This document shows positions 46,425-56,550 of a DNA stretch of 64,000 nt, piece after piece; position 1 is the first letter of the stretch, and the number at the start of each line of letters is the position of its first letter. The translations under genes and the position numbers were made by a program. The stretch spans positions 37,084 through 101,083 of the forward strand of contig JAPLXC010000007.1 in the NCBI GenBank assembly GCA_026396275.1. The letters are read 5' to 3'. Below the pieces are notes generated by a model that was not told where the DNA came from, did not search any database, and worked only from the letters and a program-made list of their open reading frames with translations. Source of the DNA: Candidatus Moraniibacteriota bacterium (GTDB lineage: Bacteria > Patescibacteriota > Minisyncoccia > Moranbacterales > JAPLXC01).

Positions 46425-46602
46425 TGCTCATTCGCAAAATCAATTCCCTGGTTAAATTATACAGGGCGTAAAAAGGAAGCCAGACCCAAAGAATTCTTCT
46501 TAGCCATTTCTCGATAAAAGGATTGGTTCCGCTCATGAAAAAATCAACCAGAAGAAGGACTATAATGATTAATATTGCTATTAGGATAATTAGTGCGGTC
46601 AT
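46399..46602 (-). CDS. small membrane protein, hypothetical
   Basis: 67 aa, two TM helices. Confidence 0.3.
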   Translation of the reverse strand: MTALIILIAILIIIVLLLVDFFMSGTNPFIEKWLRRILWVWLPFYALYNLTRELILRMSNETKRTIK

Positions 46603-46606
46603 AAGA

Positions 46607-47329
46607 TTATTTTATATTATCACTGCTGTTTATTTCATAAATAACGTCCTTTTTTTCTACCACTATTCTCCATTTTTTCTCCTTGGCAATTTTGGTAAGG
46701 TTGTGATTGGGATTAAAAGCAATGGGATGCTCCACCATTTCCAGAAAGCTCACATCTGACTCCGTGTCTCCTATTCCGTAGGAATCCTGCCAGCCGAAAT
46801 TATTCTCAAAAATATATTGCTTGATCACCTGGCCTTTGTTGCGGGTGGGCTCAAAAACCACTCGTCCGGTGTATCTGCCTTGCTTATCGATTTCATAAAC
46901 ACTGCCGAATACCGCGCCAAAATTCAGATGGCGGCGATTGTACTCCTCAACAACCTCCAGGGGCGACCCGGATACAGCTATAATGTGATAATTTTTATTC
47001 TTAAGCTGGCTGATTAGATTTTCAGCAAATATATAGGTGCGATTTTCATGAAACGGCACCACGATCCGGCTGGCTTCCTCCACATCCAATTTCCGGCAAC
47101 CTTTGATATACCGGGAGTAAAGATCAACCAGGGCTTGACGATAGGTCTCATAAGTTCCTTTATGTTCCAGCCAGTCAGTGTATAAGTCAACTAATTGATC
47201 ACGGACCTTATGGGGAAAAATCTTCATCCAGGCCAGCTCATTAATCAATTCAAAATGGAGGTTTTTGCGGAAAATTGTCCCGTCAATGTCAAAAACGGCA
47301 ACTTTATTTTTTTCTTTCATATTTTTCAC
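46607..47329 (-). CDS. HAD-IB family hydrolase (phosphoserine phosphatase-like)
   Basis: VAVFDIDGTIF motif I; about 240 aa. Confidence 0.6.
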   Translation of the reverse strand: MKNMKEKNKVAVFDIDGTIFRKNLHFELINELAWMKIFPHKVRDQLVDLYTDWLEHKGTYETYRQALVDLYSRYIKGCRKLDVEEASRIVVPFHENRTYIFAENLISQLKNKNYHIIAVSGSPLEVVEEYNRRHLNFGAVFGSVYEIDKQGRYTGRVVFEPTRNKGQVIKQYIFENNFGWQDSYGIGDTESDVSFLEMVEHPIAFNPNHNLTKIAKEKKWRIVVEKKDVIYEINSSDNIK

Positions 47330-47840
47330 CTGATTTTTTCTCTAGTGAGTCACGAATTGAAAATCCAACAATTCCCAAAGCGACGGCCACGTTGAGGGAC
47401 TCTTTTTTTCCCCGCATCGGAATTTCAATAATTTTATCGCAGATTTTTAAAATTCTTTTATCAATTCCCAGCGGCTCGTTTCCCACTACGAGAACCAGGG
47501 AAATCCGCGGCTGAAATTTTTCGTAACTAATGCTTTTTTCGTCTTGCTCTATAGCTGCGATGAAGTGTCCTTTCTTTTTAAGCTTTTTTATAAGCGCCGA
47601 GATGTTGCTTACTTTTTCCTAGTGAATGTACTTTTCTGCTCCCAAGGCGGTCTTGGCAATCATTTTTCGGGCTTGGCTGTGATAGAGCGCCTTGCCAGCC
47701 GAGGGGGATGGAGTATAACCGGAGAGATAAATCCTGCTTGTTCCCATTCCGTCAGCCGTGCGAAATATGGCTCCGACGTTGTAGGCACTGCGAATATTGT
47801 GGGCGATGATGTAAACCTCTTCTCCGGCTGGATGTTTCAT
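47304..47840 (-). pseudogene. SpoU/TrmH-family RNA 2'-O-methyltransferase, interrupted by a frameshift between ~47490 and 47619 (pseudogene or sequencing error)
   Basis: N-terminal piece VYIIAHNIRSAYNVGAIFRTADGMG (ORF 47619..47999) and C-terminal piece NEPLGIDKRILKICDKIIEIPMRGKKESLNVAVALGI (ORF 47304..47486) are in different frames. Confidence 0.55.
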
Positions 47841-48072
47841 AGTTTTTTTATGAACCTCCGCAAGCTTACGCATTCGGTATTTTCTGAATCTTTGGCGGAG
47901 TGAAATCCGCCGAAGCAGAAGATGCATCTTCGCATTATCCCCTGGCTCACGCCCGAGGTCTTCTGCGAAGGCGGATAAAAACAGAATTTTCAAGAACAAG
48001 AGAAACGCAGAAAATTATTTTCTCGTTGAAGTAATTAATGAGATAATTTGGTAAATTATCATGCTTAAAAAA

Positions 48073-48261
48073 TTAGGCACCTGGAGCTTGACGCTCGCCA
48101 AAATAAAGCGCGTATACTGCTAAAGCAATGGCTATAAGTATCCACTGCGTGCCGGCCAGCCAGAGATTAATCTGAAAAACGGAAACAACAGTTGCGGCGA
48201 CCAGCGCCACGACTGAAAGCCAAAAAGCGATTGTCGCAAAAGTTTTTGTGTTCTGCATCAT
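48073..48261 (-). CDS. small membrane protein, hypothetical
   Basis: 62 aa, 2 TM; SD gaaaggaggtg. Confidence 0.35.
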   Translation of the reverse strand: MMQNTKTFATIAFWLSVVALVAATVVSVFQINLWLAGTQWILIAIALAVYALYFGERQAPGA

Positions 48262-48481
48262 TTTTCACCTCCTTTCGCGAATTTTATCAAAATTTATAAT
48301 TTTGTTATAAAATTCAGCGTCCCGCTTCTTTTCTTTAATCAATCTATTTATTGCCACAATTTCAGGCGTAGCCGTTCCGCGCCTCTGATATGGAACGCCC
48401 TAAGCTTATTTCGGAAAAGAGGCAGGACTTGTCATATATTCCTTCCTCTATTTTACCACATATTTGCTCTTTTGGTAGTTA

Positions 48482-49282
48482 TCAACTTTGCCCGTCAATT
48501 ACGATCATGGCTTTTCTGCCCTCATTAATCTTGTTCTTGTCTCCCGGAAAATCGTGAATGGCATTATACAAAACATCAATTGGATAGCGGTATCCTTCCC
48601 CTTTTCTTGTTCCCGGATCATTAGTGATAATTTTGTCACCGCTGTATCCCACTAGAACAAGATTGTGATACAAGGGTCCCGGTTGAGTATAATAAGGATT
48701 GCCCAAAAGCCGGCCGGCCGCCGGCACGATGATGGGATTCCCCTTGGCCAGTTCTTTTTTAATTTCCCCTTTACTAAAATCGTAAATTACTCTCAAGTTT
48801 TTAATTCCGTAAAAATCTTCCGCTAACTTTACTATCTCACCGACATTGCTGTCTTTATAATCGCCATATTTTTCTATTTGAAATTTTATCAATTCCTGAA
48901 CCTCCTTTTCAGCTATCTCTTTATTTAATTTCTCTCCCTGAAAATAATAGGCCAACATCAAAAGCGATGCTTCTTCACAGGCCTCCTCGTGCCGTATATC
49001 CCAAACCGCAAAAGGGGCTTGGGAAGTAAAGGGAACTTTAATAAAAATTTTTTCGGGAAGCGTTTTTTCTTCCTTAATAGATCCTGCTGGTTCTGCAGTT
49101 ACTGCCTTTTCTTCCGGCTGGCTAACATCTGCACCCGGGCTTTTAACAATATCCTTAAATTCCTCCAAATACGTTTTTGGAGCTTTACTGCTCCGCAACA
49201 AAAAATATCTGCCGGCAAACAGTGCCGCCAGAACAACTAAAACGACTATTCCCGAAATATAAATTTTTTTCCGGCTAAACAT
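48482..49282 (-). CDS. C39-like (YvpB-like) peptidase domain protein, membrane-anchored
   Basis: N-terminal TM; Q...EEACEEASLLMLAYY ... YHNLVLVGY ... D pattern. Confidence 0.5.
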   Translation of the reverse strand: MFSRKKIYISGIVVLVVLAALFAGRYFLLRSSKAPKTYLEEFKDIVKSPGADVSQPEEKAVTAEPAGSIKEEKTLPEKIFIKVPFTSQAPFAVWDIRHEEACEEASLLMLAYYFQGEKLNKEIAEKEVQELIKFQIEKYGDYKDSNVGEIVKLAEDFYGIKNLRVIYDFSKGEIKKELAKGNPIIVPAAGRLLGNPYYTQPGPLYHNLVLVGYSGDKIITNDPGTRKGEGYRYPIDVLYNAIHDFPGDKNKINEGRKAMIVIDGQS

Positions 49283-49288
49283 AATTTA

Positions 49289-50428
49289 TCAATTGTGGAC
49301 AACTACCGGCGTTCCGATCTCGGCCCAATTATAAACAAATTGCGCCGGCCCGACTCCCAGCCGGACACAGCCATGGGAAACGGGAGTCCCCAGATGGGCT
49401 GCTCCTTCCTTGAAACCGCCCGGCCATTCCGGGAGTTCATGAATTCCGAAATCGCCTGACGGTACCAACGCCATCCAATAGGGCATAAAGAGGCCGTATT
49501 TTTTTGACCAAGCGCGGGGAAATTTATTGGAAATATGGAAAGTTCCCTGAGGAGTGCCCATTCCCCGCTTCCCCGATGAAATGAGAAAAGCGTCCACTAA
49601 TTTCCCGTTTTCAAAAATGGTCATTACTTGGCTTTCCACATTCAGGTCAATGTATTTTCCCTCTTTAATTTTCGGATCGGAAAATCTCCTGGCTTGCTCT
49701 AGCCGCAGATTAAGGTCTTTTTCCCAGGTGGCGGGAGGAAATGGTTTGGTTTCAAACCAAGTCGTGTAGATCTTCTGATATCGGCTTTCGCTTTCATCCT
49801 TATGGCGAACCATAATTTCTACGTCGTAGCGCTGGCCTCGCTGAAAACCATTTTTCGAAAGAAAGTCAACTTTCTTTTTTTCCAGATCCAGCTGATTGAC
49901 AAGATTTTCGGCAGGATTAATAACAACTTTAACGCGGAAGTCCTCAATTGATTTGCTAAAAACAGCAGTCATTGGATCCTCGATATCAAAAATAACATCT
50001 CTTTCTCCCATCTTTGGATAAAATTCTGATACTCGGGGATAAGCGACTGTCCGAAAGGTAAGGCGTTCATTAATTTCAGTAAGCATTATGCTTATTCCCC
50101 CAGAGATAGTAATGTTGTATTCTTGCTCGGGCTTCCAGGAATCAAAAGGAGTGATAACTAAGGATTTATTTCCATTCAGCCAATGAAAGTTGACTTCCTC
50201 CTTTGGACTTATTGTCACAACACTGCTAGTTCGCTCCACTATCATTGGCTCTGAAAAGTTCAACTGCAGCGCCTCTCTGGGCGTGATGTCGCGATCTGAT
50301 TCCAACTGGACATCAACCCGAAAGACCTGCGGATAGGCGCGGACACTGTAAACAATCCCCAGTACTCCGGCGATAAAAATAATTGCGGCTAAGATATGAT
50401 GTATTTTGTGTTTTAATTTTTCGTCCAT
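49289..50428 (-). CDS. L,D-transpeptidase (YkuD domain) with N-terminal TM and Ig-like region
   Basis: C-terminal GTPVSHGCVRL catalytic motif. Confidence 0.75.
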   Translation of the reverse strand: MDEKLKHKIHHILAAIIFIAGVLGIVYSVRAYPQVFRVDVQLESDRDITPREALQLNFSEPMIVERTSSVVTISPKEEVNFHWLNGNKSLVITPFDSWKPEQEYNITISGGISIMLTEINERLTFRTVAYPRVSEFYPKMGERDVIFDIEDPMTAVFSKSIEDFRVKVVINPAENLVNQLDLEKKKVDFLSKNGFQRGQRYDVEIMVRHKDESESRYQKIYTTWFETKPFPPATWEKDLNLRLEQARRFSDPKIKEGKYIDLNVESQVMTIFENGKLVDAFLISSGKRGMGTPQGTFHISNKFPRAWSKKYGLFMPYWMALVPSGDFGIHELPEWPGGFKEGAAHLGTPVSHGCVRLGVGPAQFVYNWAEIGTPVVVHN

Positions 50429-50481
50429 TATTTAAAAAAGAAAAGGGTGATGTTTCACCCTTTTAGTATAACATTAATTTT

Positions 50482-50646
50482 TCAATTTATTAATTTGTCT
50501 TCACTGCAAGGACAGTTCGGATGATGTTCTTGATCATCACCTTTTCCGCAGCCGGAACAAATTCCCTTTCCATTATTATTTTCGACAATTCCCTCTTTTT
50601 TTTTCTTTGCATTCAATTTTTCTATTGCTTCTACTATATCTGCCAT
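50482..50646 (-). CDS. small Cys-rich (CxxC...CxC) zinc-ribbon-like protein, 54 aa, unannotated
   Basis: MADIVEAIEKLNAKKKKEGIVENNNGKGICSGCGKGDDQEHHPNCPCSEDKLIN; SD AAGGAGG 5 nt upstream; contains an A9 homopolymer in codons for KKKK. Confidence 0.5.
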   Translation of the reverse strand: MADIVEAIEKLNAKKKKEGIVENNNGKGICSGCGKGDDQEHHPNCPCSEDKLIN

Positions 50647-50720
50647 AACTACCTCCTTAAATTTATTTCAAAAAAAGAACTGTTTATAATCAATTCGTTA
50701 ATCTTATTATAGCTCACATT

Positions 50721-51731
50721 TCATTTGGAAAAAAGTCCCTTGGCTTCCTCCCAAACCTGCGGATAATTTTTCTTTTCTTTCAGCCAATACCACCACTCGG
50801 CTCCCCAGAGATAAATCGGCGAAAATCCCGTCTTTTCGGCAAATTCCACGTTGCTCCGGAGCTTTTCGGCGTTCATCGACTCAAGTTGCTCCTCCAGCGG
50901 CTGATCCACTGTCCAGCCGTCCAGCCAGGGCTCTCCCTGAAGCTCAACGATCATAATATTTTCCTGCCCGGCGAAAGTTTTGATCAGCCAGTATTTAAAT
51001 TTAAAAAAATTGGGTCCAATGGGATAATCAAAGGCGATTCCCAGTTTTCCGCTTACCACTGAACGGTATAAAGTCGTTCCAAAAACATCGGCTCGCTTAG
51101 CTGCCTGGATCCACAAGCTCAATTCCCCGCTATCAGTGACAATAACCGGCCGGCTGGAATCCAGGTTTCGAACAAGAGCTAGCTCTTCATCAAGAAGTTT
51201 CACATCCAGCGGGGGGCAAATGCCAAAAGGAAGAAACGGTTCATTCTCTACTTGCCAATAAGTAACAGTGGGATTATTTTTATACCGCTTAACAACTACT
51301 TCAATGTATTCCAGTAATTCCTGCTTCTTAATTCCTAATTCCTGATTCCTAATCCATTCGGGCTCGTGGCATTCCGGCCAGCGGGGAACTTTTTGTCCGA
51401 TTATTAAAATTACATCAACTTTTCTCTTTTCGGCCTCTGTCAACTGCCAGTCAATTTCAGAAAAATCAAAATAATCCGGATGCGGTTCAACGAAATCCCA
51501 GTATAAAGGAAGGCGAATGTGCCGCGCTTTCAAATCGTCCAGTAATGCCAGATACGCCTCCTTTTCGTCAAGGCCAATGGCTCTCGCGTAACGGGAGGAA
51601 TAAGTGACTCCCAGTTCCGGTTTTTGGAAAGAACTTTTTACGGGAAGATTGAAATAAATCAAAAGAAGGCCGGTAAAAAGAAACAATAGTCCGCAAGTTA
51701 TGACAATGACCTGAATAATTTTTCTAATCAT
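50721..51731 (-). CDS. glycoside hydrolase, clan GH-A (cellulase/beta-galactosidase-like), membrane-anchored
   Basis: WQVENEP acid/base motif and downstream IVELQGEPW nucleophile-like Glu. Confidence 0.5.
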   Translation of the reverse strand: MIRKIIQVIVITCGLLFLFTGLLLIYFNLPVKSSFQKPELGVTYSSRYARAIGLDEKEAYLALLDDLKARHIRLPLYWDFVEPHPDYFDFSEIDWQLTEAEKRKVDVILIIGQKVPRWPECHEPEWIRNQELGIKKQELLEYIEVVVKRYKNNPTVTYWQVENEPFLPFGICPPLDVKLLDEELALVRNLDSSRPVIVTDSGELSLWIQAAKRADVFGTTLYRSVVSGKLGIAFDYPIGPNFFKFKYWLIKTFAGQENIMIVELQGEPWLDGWTVDQPLEEQLESMNAEKLRSNVEFAEKTGFSPIYLWGAEWWYWLKEKKNYPQVWEEAKGLFSK

Positions 51732-51736
51732 TTCTT

Positions 51737-52690
51737 TTATGGCTTTAACAGTAAGCTCTCAATGGAAACTAGCGAAGAAACAAGCGCTACACCGATGGCA
51801 ATAATGATAATCGCTCCAATTTTCTGTGCCCAGTCCCAGAACAGCAATTTTTCCGAAAACACTTTGGGGTGCCAAGTGGCTGCCAGCGTCGCCAAGATCA
51901 AAACGAAGACATATTGAGAGGAAACAAGCGCGTTAATCAGCGTGGCGCTTCCCAGCGACAGCGCGTAGTTAAAAAGAATGGAACTCGTTCCGCCAATTAG
52001 TTTATTGATTATAACTAACGCTCCCGTTCGGTATTGCGTATGGGTGGGACGACGAAATCCTCTTAAGCTGCCGATAATATCTTTTCTCCATTTTGGAATT
52101 ATAAAAAATCCGGCGATAGCAACGGCTGACCCGAATCGCGTCCAAATGAAGCCGTTGAAAAAGGCCTGCTCATTATAGACGACCTTAAAAAGCAAATAGG
52201 CAACCGCCAGAACTACTCCCGACAGCAATGCGTAGTAAAACCCCGAGAAAAATTTTTTCCTGCCAAGCTGCAAAGGCAAATCGAAAGAAATTAAAAGCCC
52301 TCCGAAAATTAAGAGGACTGCTCCGATTAGCTGGACGCTGTTCAGCTTTTCCTGAAAAAAAACAATGGAAAAAAGATATACGGCCAGCGGGGTAACCGCG
52401 CCAATCACCGTCGCCACCCGGCTGGCCTCCGCTTTTTGGATGGCAAAATAAAGGGCCAGAATCCCGAAAGTAAAAAGCGCTCCAGACGTTAAACTGATGA
52501 CAATTTGATAACCGGAAGGAAGTGAAAATCCAAAAGGAGCAAAAATCAGCGCACCTAGTCCTAAAAGACCGATGTAAAAAGAGTACACCGGCGGGGAGGA
52601 AATTCTTTTCGAGCCCAGGATGAATTTATCAAGAATTACCGCCAGTGCGCTAAGAAAGTAAGATGTGAGGGCGATGGATAACCAAGTCAT
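51737..52690 (-). CDS. EamA/DMT family transporter
   Basis: 317 aa, ~10 TM helices in two repeats. Confidence 0.55.
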   Translation of the reverse strand: MTWLSIALTSYFLSALAVILDKFILGSKRISSPPVYSFYIGLLGLGALIFAPFGFSLPSGYQIVISLTSGALFTFGILALYFAIQKAEASRVATVIGAVTPLAVYLFSIVFFQEKLNSVQLIGAVLLIFGGLLISFDLPLQLGRKKFFSGFYYALLSGVVLAVAYLLFKVVYNEQAFFNGFIWTRFGSAVAIAGFFIIPKWRKDIIGSLRGFRRPTHTQYRTGALVIINKLIGGTSSILFNYALSLGSATLINALVSSQYVFVLILATLAATWHPKVFSEKLLFWDWAQKIGAIIIIAIGVALVSSLVSIESLLLKP

Positions 52691-52752
52691 TCACATTGTG
52701 TCACTGCGAGGAGTCCCGCCGTTCGGCGGGATAAACTCCGCGACATGACCAT

Positions 52753-54051
52753 TTAACTTTTAGATTCCTCGGCTTCCTGCCTCGCCGGCGGGCGGGCACT
52801 CGGAATGACATTCGTTATTAAGCCGTTATTTTTTATTATCTCTTCATACGCGTAAAAGCTTTTCCTCGGCTTCCGTTCCAGCGTTTGGTAATCAATTTCA
52901 ACAAGACCGAAACGCGGCCAAAAACCCTTGTCCCATTCGAAATTATCCATCAGCGACCAGTAGAAATAACCGCGCACATCCGCCCCTTCGTCAATAGCTT
53001 TTTTAATCCACTGCAGATGATTTTTGATAAAATCAGCACGCTTTTCGTCTGCGTCCGCCAACCCGTTTTCCGTCACATAGATCGGCAAATTATATTCCTT
53101 AAGCCATTTTAACACATGGTACAAACCTTCCGGATATATTTCCCAGTTAAGATCATTCACGGGCTTGTCACCTAATCGAATCTTTCTGGGAAATTTGAAA
53201 CGATTATGAAAATAATACTGAACAGTAAGAAAATCATTGTATCCTTTCGTAAGATTAAGCATTCGCTTATTGACAAAGTAAAGGCCAACAGCCACGCTCA
53301 ATTTGTCCAGCCAGGAATTTTTGCGATAAGGCTCAAAAGAATGGAGAGCATTGGCAAATCCCACTCTAGCATCTTTAGAAATTAAACGAATTATTTTATA
53401 TGCTTCAATGTGAGCCCGAGCAAAGTTTCCATATAATTTCCAAGCGACAATAAGGTTTTTCTTTTGCGGCGGCCAATTCCCAATGCAGTAAGAGGCAGCT
53501 ATTACTGATGTCGGCTCATTTAACGTGATCCAAAATTTCACGCTCTCCCCTAAATTTTTGACGACATATTGAGCATAACGGGAAAAAAAGAAAGGAAATT
53601 TTTTGCTTTCGCATCCTCCTTTTTCTTCCAGCCATAAAGGGTTGGTCCAGTGCCAAAGAGTGGCAAACGGCTCGATATTTCTTTTGCGAAGGGCCAGAAT
53701 AACTTTCCGGTAATGTTCAATTTCTTTCTCATTGAATTTTCCCTCCTCTGGTTCAATCCTTGACCACTCAATGGAGAAACGATGAGCGTTGTGTCCGCTG
53801 GATTGCGCTAAATCGAAATCCTCTTCATAGCGGTTGTAATGATCGCAGGCCCGGCCGGAAATATAGTTTTCCGGGTTAAACATTTCCGGAAATTTTTCTT
53901 TTTGCCAATCCTGCCATTTATCTTTAGCTTCTTTAGCTAGACGCCCGGCGTTCTCCCTTTCCCACTGCGACCAATTATTAACATTATTTCCTTCTACCTG
54001 ATGAGCCGACGTCGCCGCTCCCCAAAAAAAGTCCTTTGGAAATTGTTTCAT
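52753..54051 (-). CDS. glycoside hydrolase family 1 (beta-glucosidase)
   Basis: FPKDFFWGAATSAHQVEG, TLNEP, YVTENG signatures. Confidence 0.85.
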   Translation of the reverse strand: MKQFPKDFFWGAATSAHQVEGNNVNNWSQWERENAGRLAKEAKDKWQDWQKEKFPEMFNPENYISGRACDHYNRYEEDFDLAQSSGHNAHRFSIEWSRIEPEEGKFNEKEIEHYRKVILALRKRNIEPFATLWHWTNPLWLEEKGGCESKKFPFFFSRYAQYVVKNLGESVKFWITLNEPTSVIAASYCIGNWPPQKKNLIVAWKLYGNFARAHIEAYKIIRLISKDARVGFANALHSFEPYRKNSWLDKLSVAVGLYFVNKRMLNLTKGYNDFLTVQYYFHNRFKFPRKIRLGDKPVNDLNWEIYPEGLYHVLKWLKEYNLPIYVTENGLADADEKRADFIKNHLQWIKKAIDEGADVRGYFYWSLMDNFEWDKGFWPRFGLVEIDYQTLERKPRKSFYAYEEIIKNNGLITNVIPSARPPARQEAEESKS

Positions 54052-54160
54052 AAGCCTATTTTACAACAATTACCCAATATAAAAAAGCGGCATCTCTGCC
54101 GCTATTTTAAGTTTTGCATTTTCAACTGTAATTTTGCGCTTTTCGCTTTGAACTTTTAAT

Positions 54161-54892
54161 TTATTTATAAGCAATCTGATTGTAATAGCCGCTTACGTCG
54201 CTAATCCATTTCTTCACGCTTCCAGGATCATGCCCAGCGCAACTGGCACCGCATTTCCAGATCACCATCTTTTCCGGAGTGTTCAGTTTCCGGCTGACAA
54301 AAAACTGAAGCCGCTGGGCAACTGCTTCCACGCCTTCTTTGGGACTGGCAAAACATCCGTAGCCCAGTGCTGTTCCCCGACTGCCGCTGCCTTTGTATCC
54401 CCAGTAGTTGTAACAATTTTGTCCATCTTTTGAGGGGGTATGCTCGCCCCATCCGCTTTCCTTCTTAGCAATTCCCACCAGAAGGCCAGCTATCACCCGA
54501 TCATATTCACTGATAAAGGGCACCATTTCCCGAATAGGATAATTTCCTACCAGCTGGTAGAGCTCTTCCTCCAGTTGCTGTTTTTCCAAGTTGCCGATTT
54601 TATTCTTAAGGCCGCAATTGGAAATATCCTTCCTTTTTTCCTTCCAAGGATCATTTCGCAGCAACTGGTTAGGTAAATCAGAAAGAAAACCGGCTTGCTC
54701 AAGGGAAATAACGCTTTCCTTATGTATCTGGATATAAAGGCGCGGGAACGCTTCTCCGCTTCTTAGCCAAAAAAAACAACCTAATACTAAGATTAGGGTC
54801 GTTAAGAGAATAATATCAGTTGATTGATGCTGGTTATTCTTCTCTCGCCTCCAGGAAATCAGCTTTTTCAGCCGATCCGTAAAAACACCCAT
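54161..54892 (-). CDS. hypothetical membrane-anchored protein, possible glucosaminidase-like domain (paralog 1)
   Basis: LLVGIAKKESGWG ... NYWGYKG ... KMVIWKCGASC; paralogous to 55002..56087. Confidence 0.4.
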   Translation of the reverse strand: MGVFTDRLKKLISWRREKNNQHQSTDIILLTTLILVLGCFFWLRSGEAFPRLYIQIHKESVISLEQAGFLSDLPNQLLRNDPWKEKRKDISNCGLKNKIGNLEKQQLEEELYQLVGNYPIREMVPFISEYDRVIAGLLVGIAKKESGWGEHTPSKDGQNCYNYWGYKGSGSRGTALGYGCFASPKEGVEAVAQRLQFFVSRKLNTPEKMVIWKCGASCAGHDPGSVKKWISDVSGYYNQIAYK

Positions 54893-55001
54893 ACCTTGAA
54901 TTCAATGCTTAAGTCCTCCTGAAAAACACGCTTCCTATCCTAGCATTAAAGGGAGTCGGGCGTCAAGAAAAATATGATTTTTTGGCTTCATAAAGCTTAA
55001 T

Positions 55002-56087
55002 TTAGTTGTTAAGTTTCTCAAAATACATGCTTACGTCACTAATCCACTTGCGTACCGCTGCTACATCGTCCTTGTCGCAGGCCGAGCCGCATTTCCAGAT
55101 AACCATCTTAGTCGGCGTATTCAATTTTTTATTTTTAATAAGCCATTCCAGCCGCTTGGCAACTGTGTCCACTGCGTCTTTCGGACTATTAAAGCAAGTG
55201 TGCCCGCCGGTGCCCATCAGGCGGCGCTGTTCCCGATAACCCCAGTAATTATAACAGTCCTGGCCGGCAAGTAACGGCACATGCACTCCCCAACTGCTTT
55301 CTTTTCTGGCAATGCCAATAAGAAAAGCCGCCACTATCCGGTCTTTTTTTACAATATAGGGAATCATTTTTTCTATCGGGTAGCCCTTAACCATTTTTCT
55401 TATTTCTTTTTCAAATTCCTCTTTTTTGGCACTTTCCAAGTCCCTGATAAGATTGGCAATGTATTCACCGTTTTCCTCTCCGCTTATATCAAAGCCGGCT
55501 GAATTTAGCACTAATGTTTCTTCTCCCAGCACTAAGCCAGTTGTTCCACTGGGATCCTGATATTGCGCCGCCTGGCTTACATCCCGGGCCGAAGCACTCA
55601 GTCCCAGATAGTGATAAATAAGCGCCATGGAAATCATTCCCAAAAGAACAGCGCTAATAATTGACATATTCCAGATTTGAGCTAGCGGCCACCGGCTGGC
55701 AATAAAAACTGGACGGCCGGAAACTGCCTCGCGAAGCGCTTGACGATGCTTGGCAAAAGTTTTGTAAAGAATATCTCCCGATTTCGGCCTGCCAGGTTGA
55801 TAACTTTTCAAAATCCTCCGGTTCAAACTGTCTAAGCCCTTTATCACTTTATTGAAAATGACACCGCTTTCCATCAGTTTTTTCTCCTTGGGGGTTATAT
55901 ACAGTTTGGAGTCCTCGGTAAAAAAACACTCCATCCTCCGGCTGCGGGAAAATAGAGTGGATTTTATTTTTCCGGACTGAAAATTTTGAATTACTTTTTG
56001 GGTTCCGGGGAAGGGAATAAAATAAACGGCTTCTTTTTCAATTGAAGCGCTGTCAAAAAAATATCTTTCTTGCCTGTTTTTGTTCAT
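55002..56087 (-). CDS. hypothetical membrane-anchored protein (paralog 2, longer N-terminus)
   Basis: FLIGIARKESSWG ... NYWGYRE ... KMVIWKCGSAC. Confidence 0.4.
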   Translation of the reverse strand: MNKNRQERYFFDSASIEKEAVYFIPFPGTQKVIQNFQSGKIKSTLFSRSRRMECFFTEDSKLYITPKEKKLMESGVIFNKVIKGLDSLNRRILKSYQPGRPKSGDILYKTFAKHRQALREAVSGRPVFIASRWPLAQIWNMSIISAVLLGMISMALIYHYLGLSASARDVSQAAQYQDPSGTTGLVLGEETLVLNSAGFDISGEENGEYIANLIRDLESAKKEEFEKEIRKMVKGYPIEKMIPYIVKKDRIVAAFLIGIARKESSWGVHVPLLAGQDCYNYWGYREQRRLMGTGGHTCFNSPKDAVDTVAKRLEWLIKNKKLNTPTKMVIWKCGSACDKDDVAAVRKWISDVSMYFEKLNN

Positions 56088-56117
56088 CTGCGGATAAAAT
56101 GTAAATAATAGGATTTT

Positions 56118-56549
56118 CTACGGTATTTCCGCTTCTTTCTTAAAAAAATCAACCACATCTGGCGTTCCGATAAGACACTTTCCCTGGGCGTAAAGAAACG
56201 GGACGCCAACTTTGCTTTTGTCCAGTCCGCATTCTTCCGCCCGCTGTTCCAGTTCTGCCGCGTTTTCCCGGTTGTGCCAGACCTCTTTTTTGGAAAAACT
56301 GACTTTCTCGGCGATTTTATTTTCCTCAAGAAATTTAACGACTTCCTGGCAATGAGAGCATTCCTGGCCGTAATAGTAAACGATTCCGTTCGCAGGAGAT
56401 GCTGGTGCTTCGGCCTTTTTTGGCTGATTGATACCCCAAATAATCAATCCGCCAATTATCAAAAGGGTTACTCCCGCAATCGGAAGCACCCCTTTTTTCT
56501 TAAAAAGCGCGAAAAAACTCGGATTCTTTATTTTTTCCATTTTTTTCAC
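56118..56549 (-). CDS. membrane-anchored glutaredoxin/thioredoxin-like protein
   Basis: N-terminal TM, CSHC active-site motif. Confidence 0.55.
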   Translation of the reverse strand: MKKMEKIKNPSFFALFKKKGVLPIAGVTLLIIGGLIIWGINQPKKAEAPASPANGIVYYYGQECSHCQEVVKFLEENKIAEKVSFSKKEVWHNRENAAELEQRAEECGLDKSKVGVPFLYAQGKCLIGTPDVVDFFKKEAEIP

Positions 56550-56550
56550 T

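Noticed and set aside
50596-50604. Initially read the poly-T/A tract as 8 nt, which suggested a frameshifted small gene
   Set aside because: Recounting gives 9 nt; the Cys-rich frame is continuous from the SD-ATG, so no frameshift is required.
50521-50712. 63-aa plus-strand ORF
   Set aside because: Low-complexity Phe/Ile-rich translation; the opposite strand carries a short Cys4 ORF with a perfect SD that explains the locus better.
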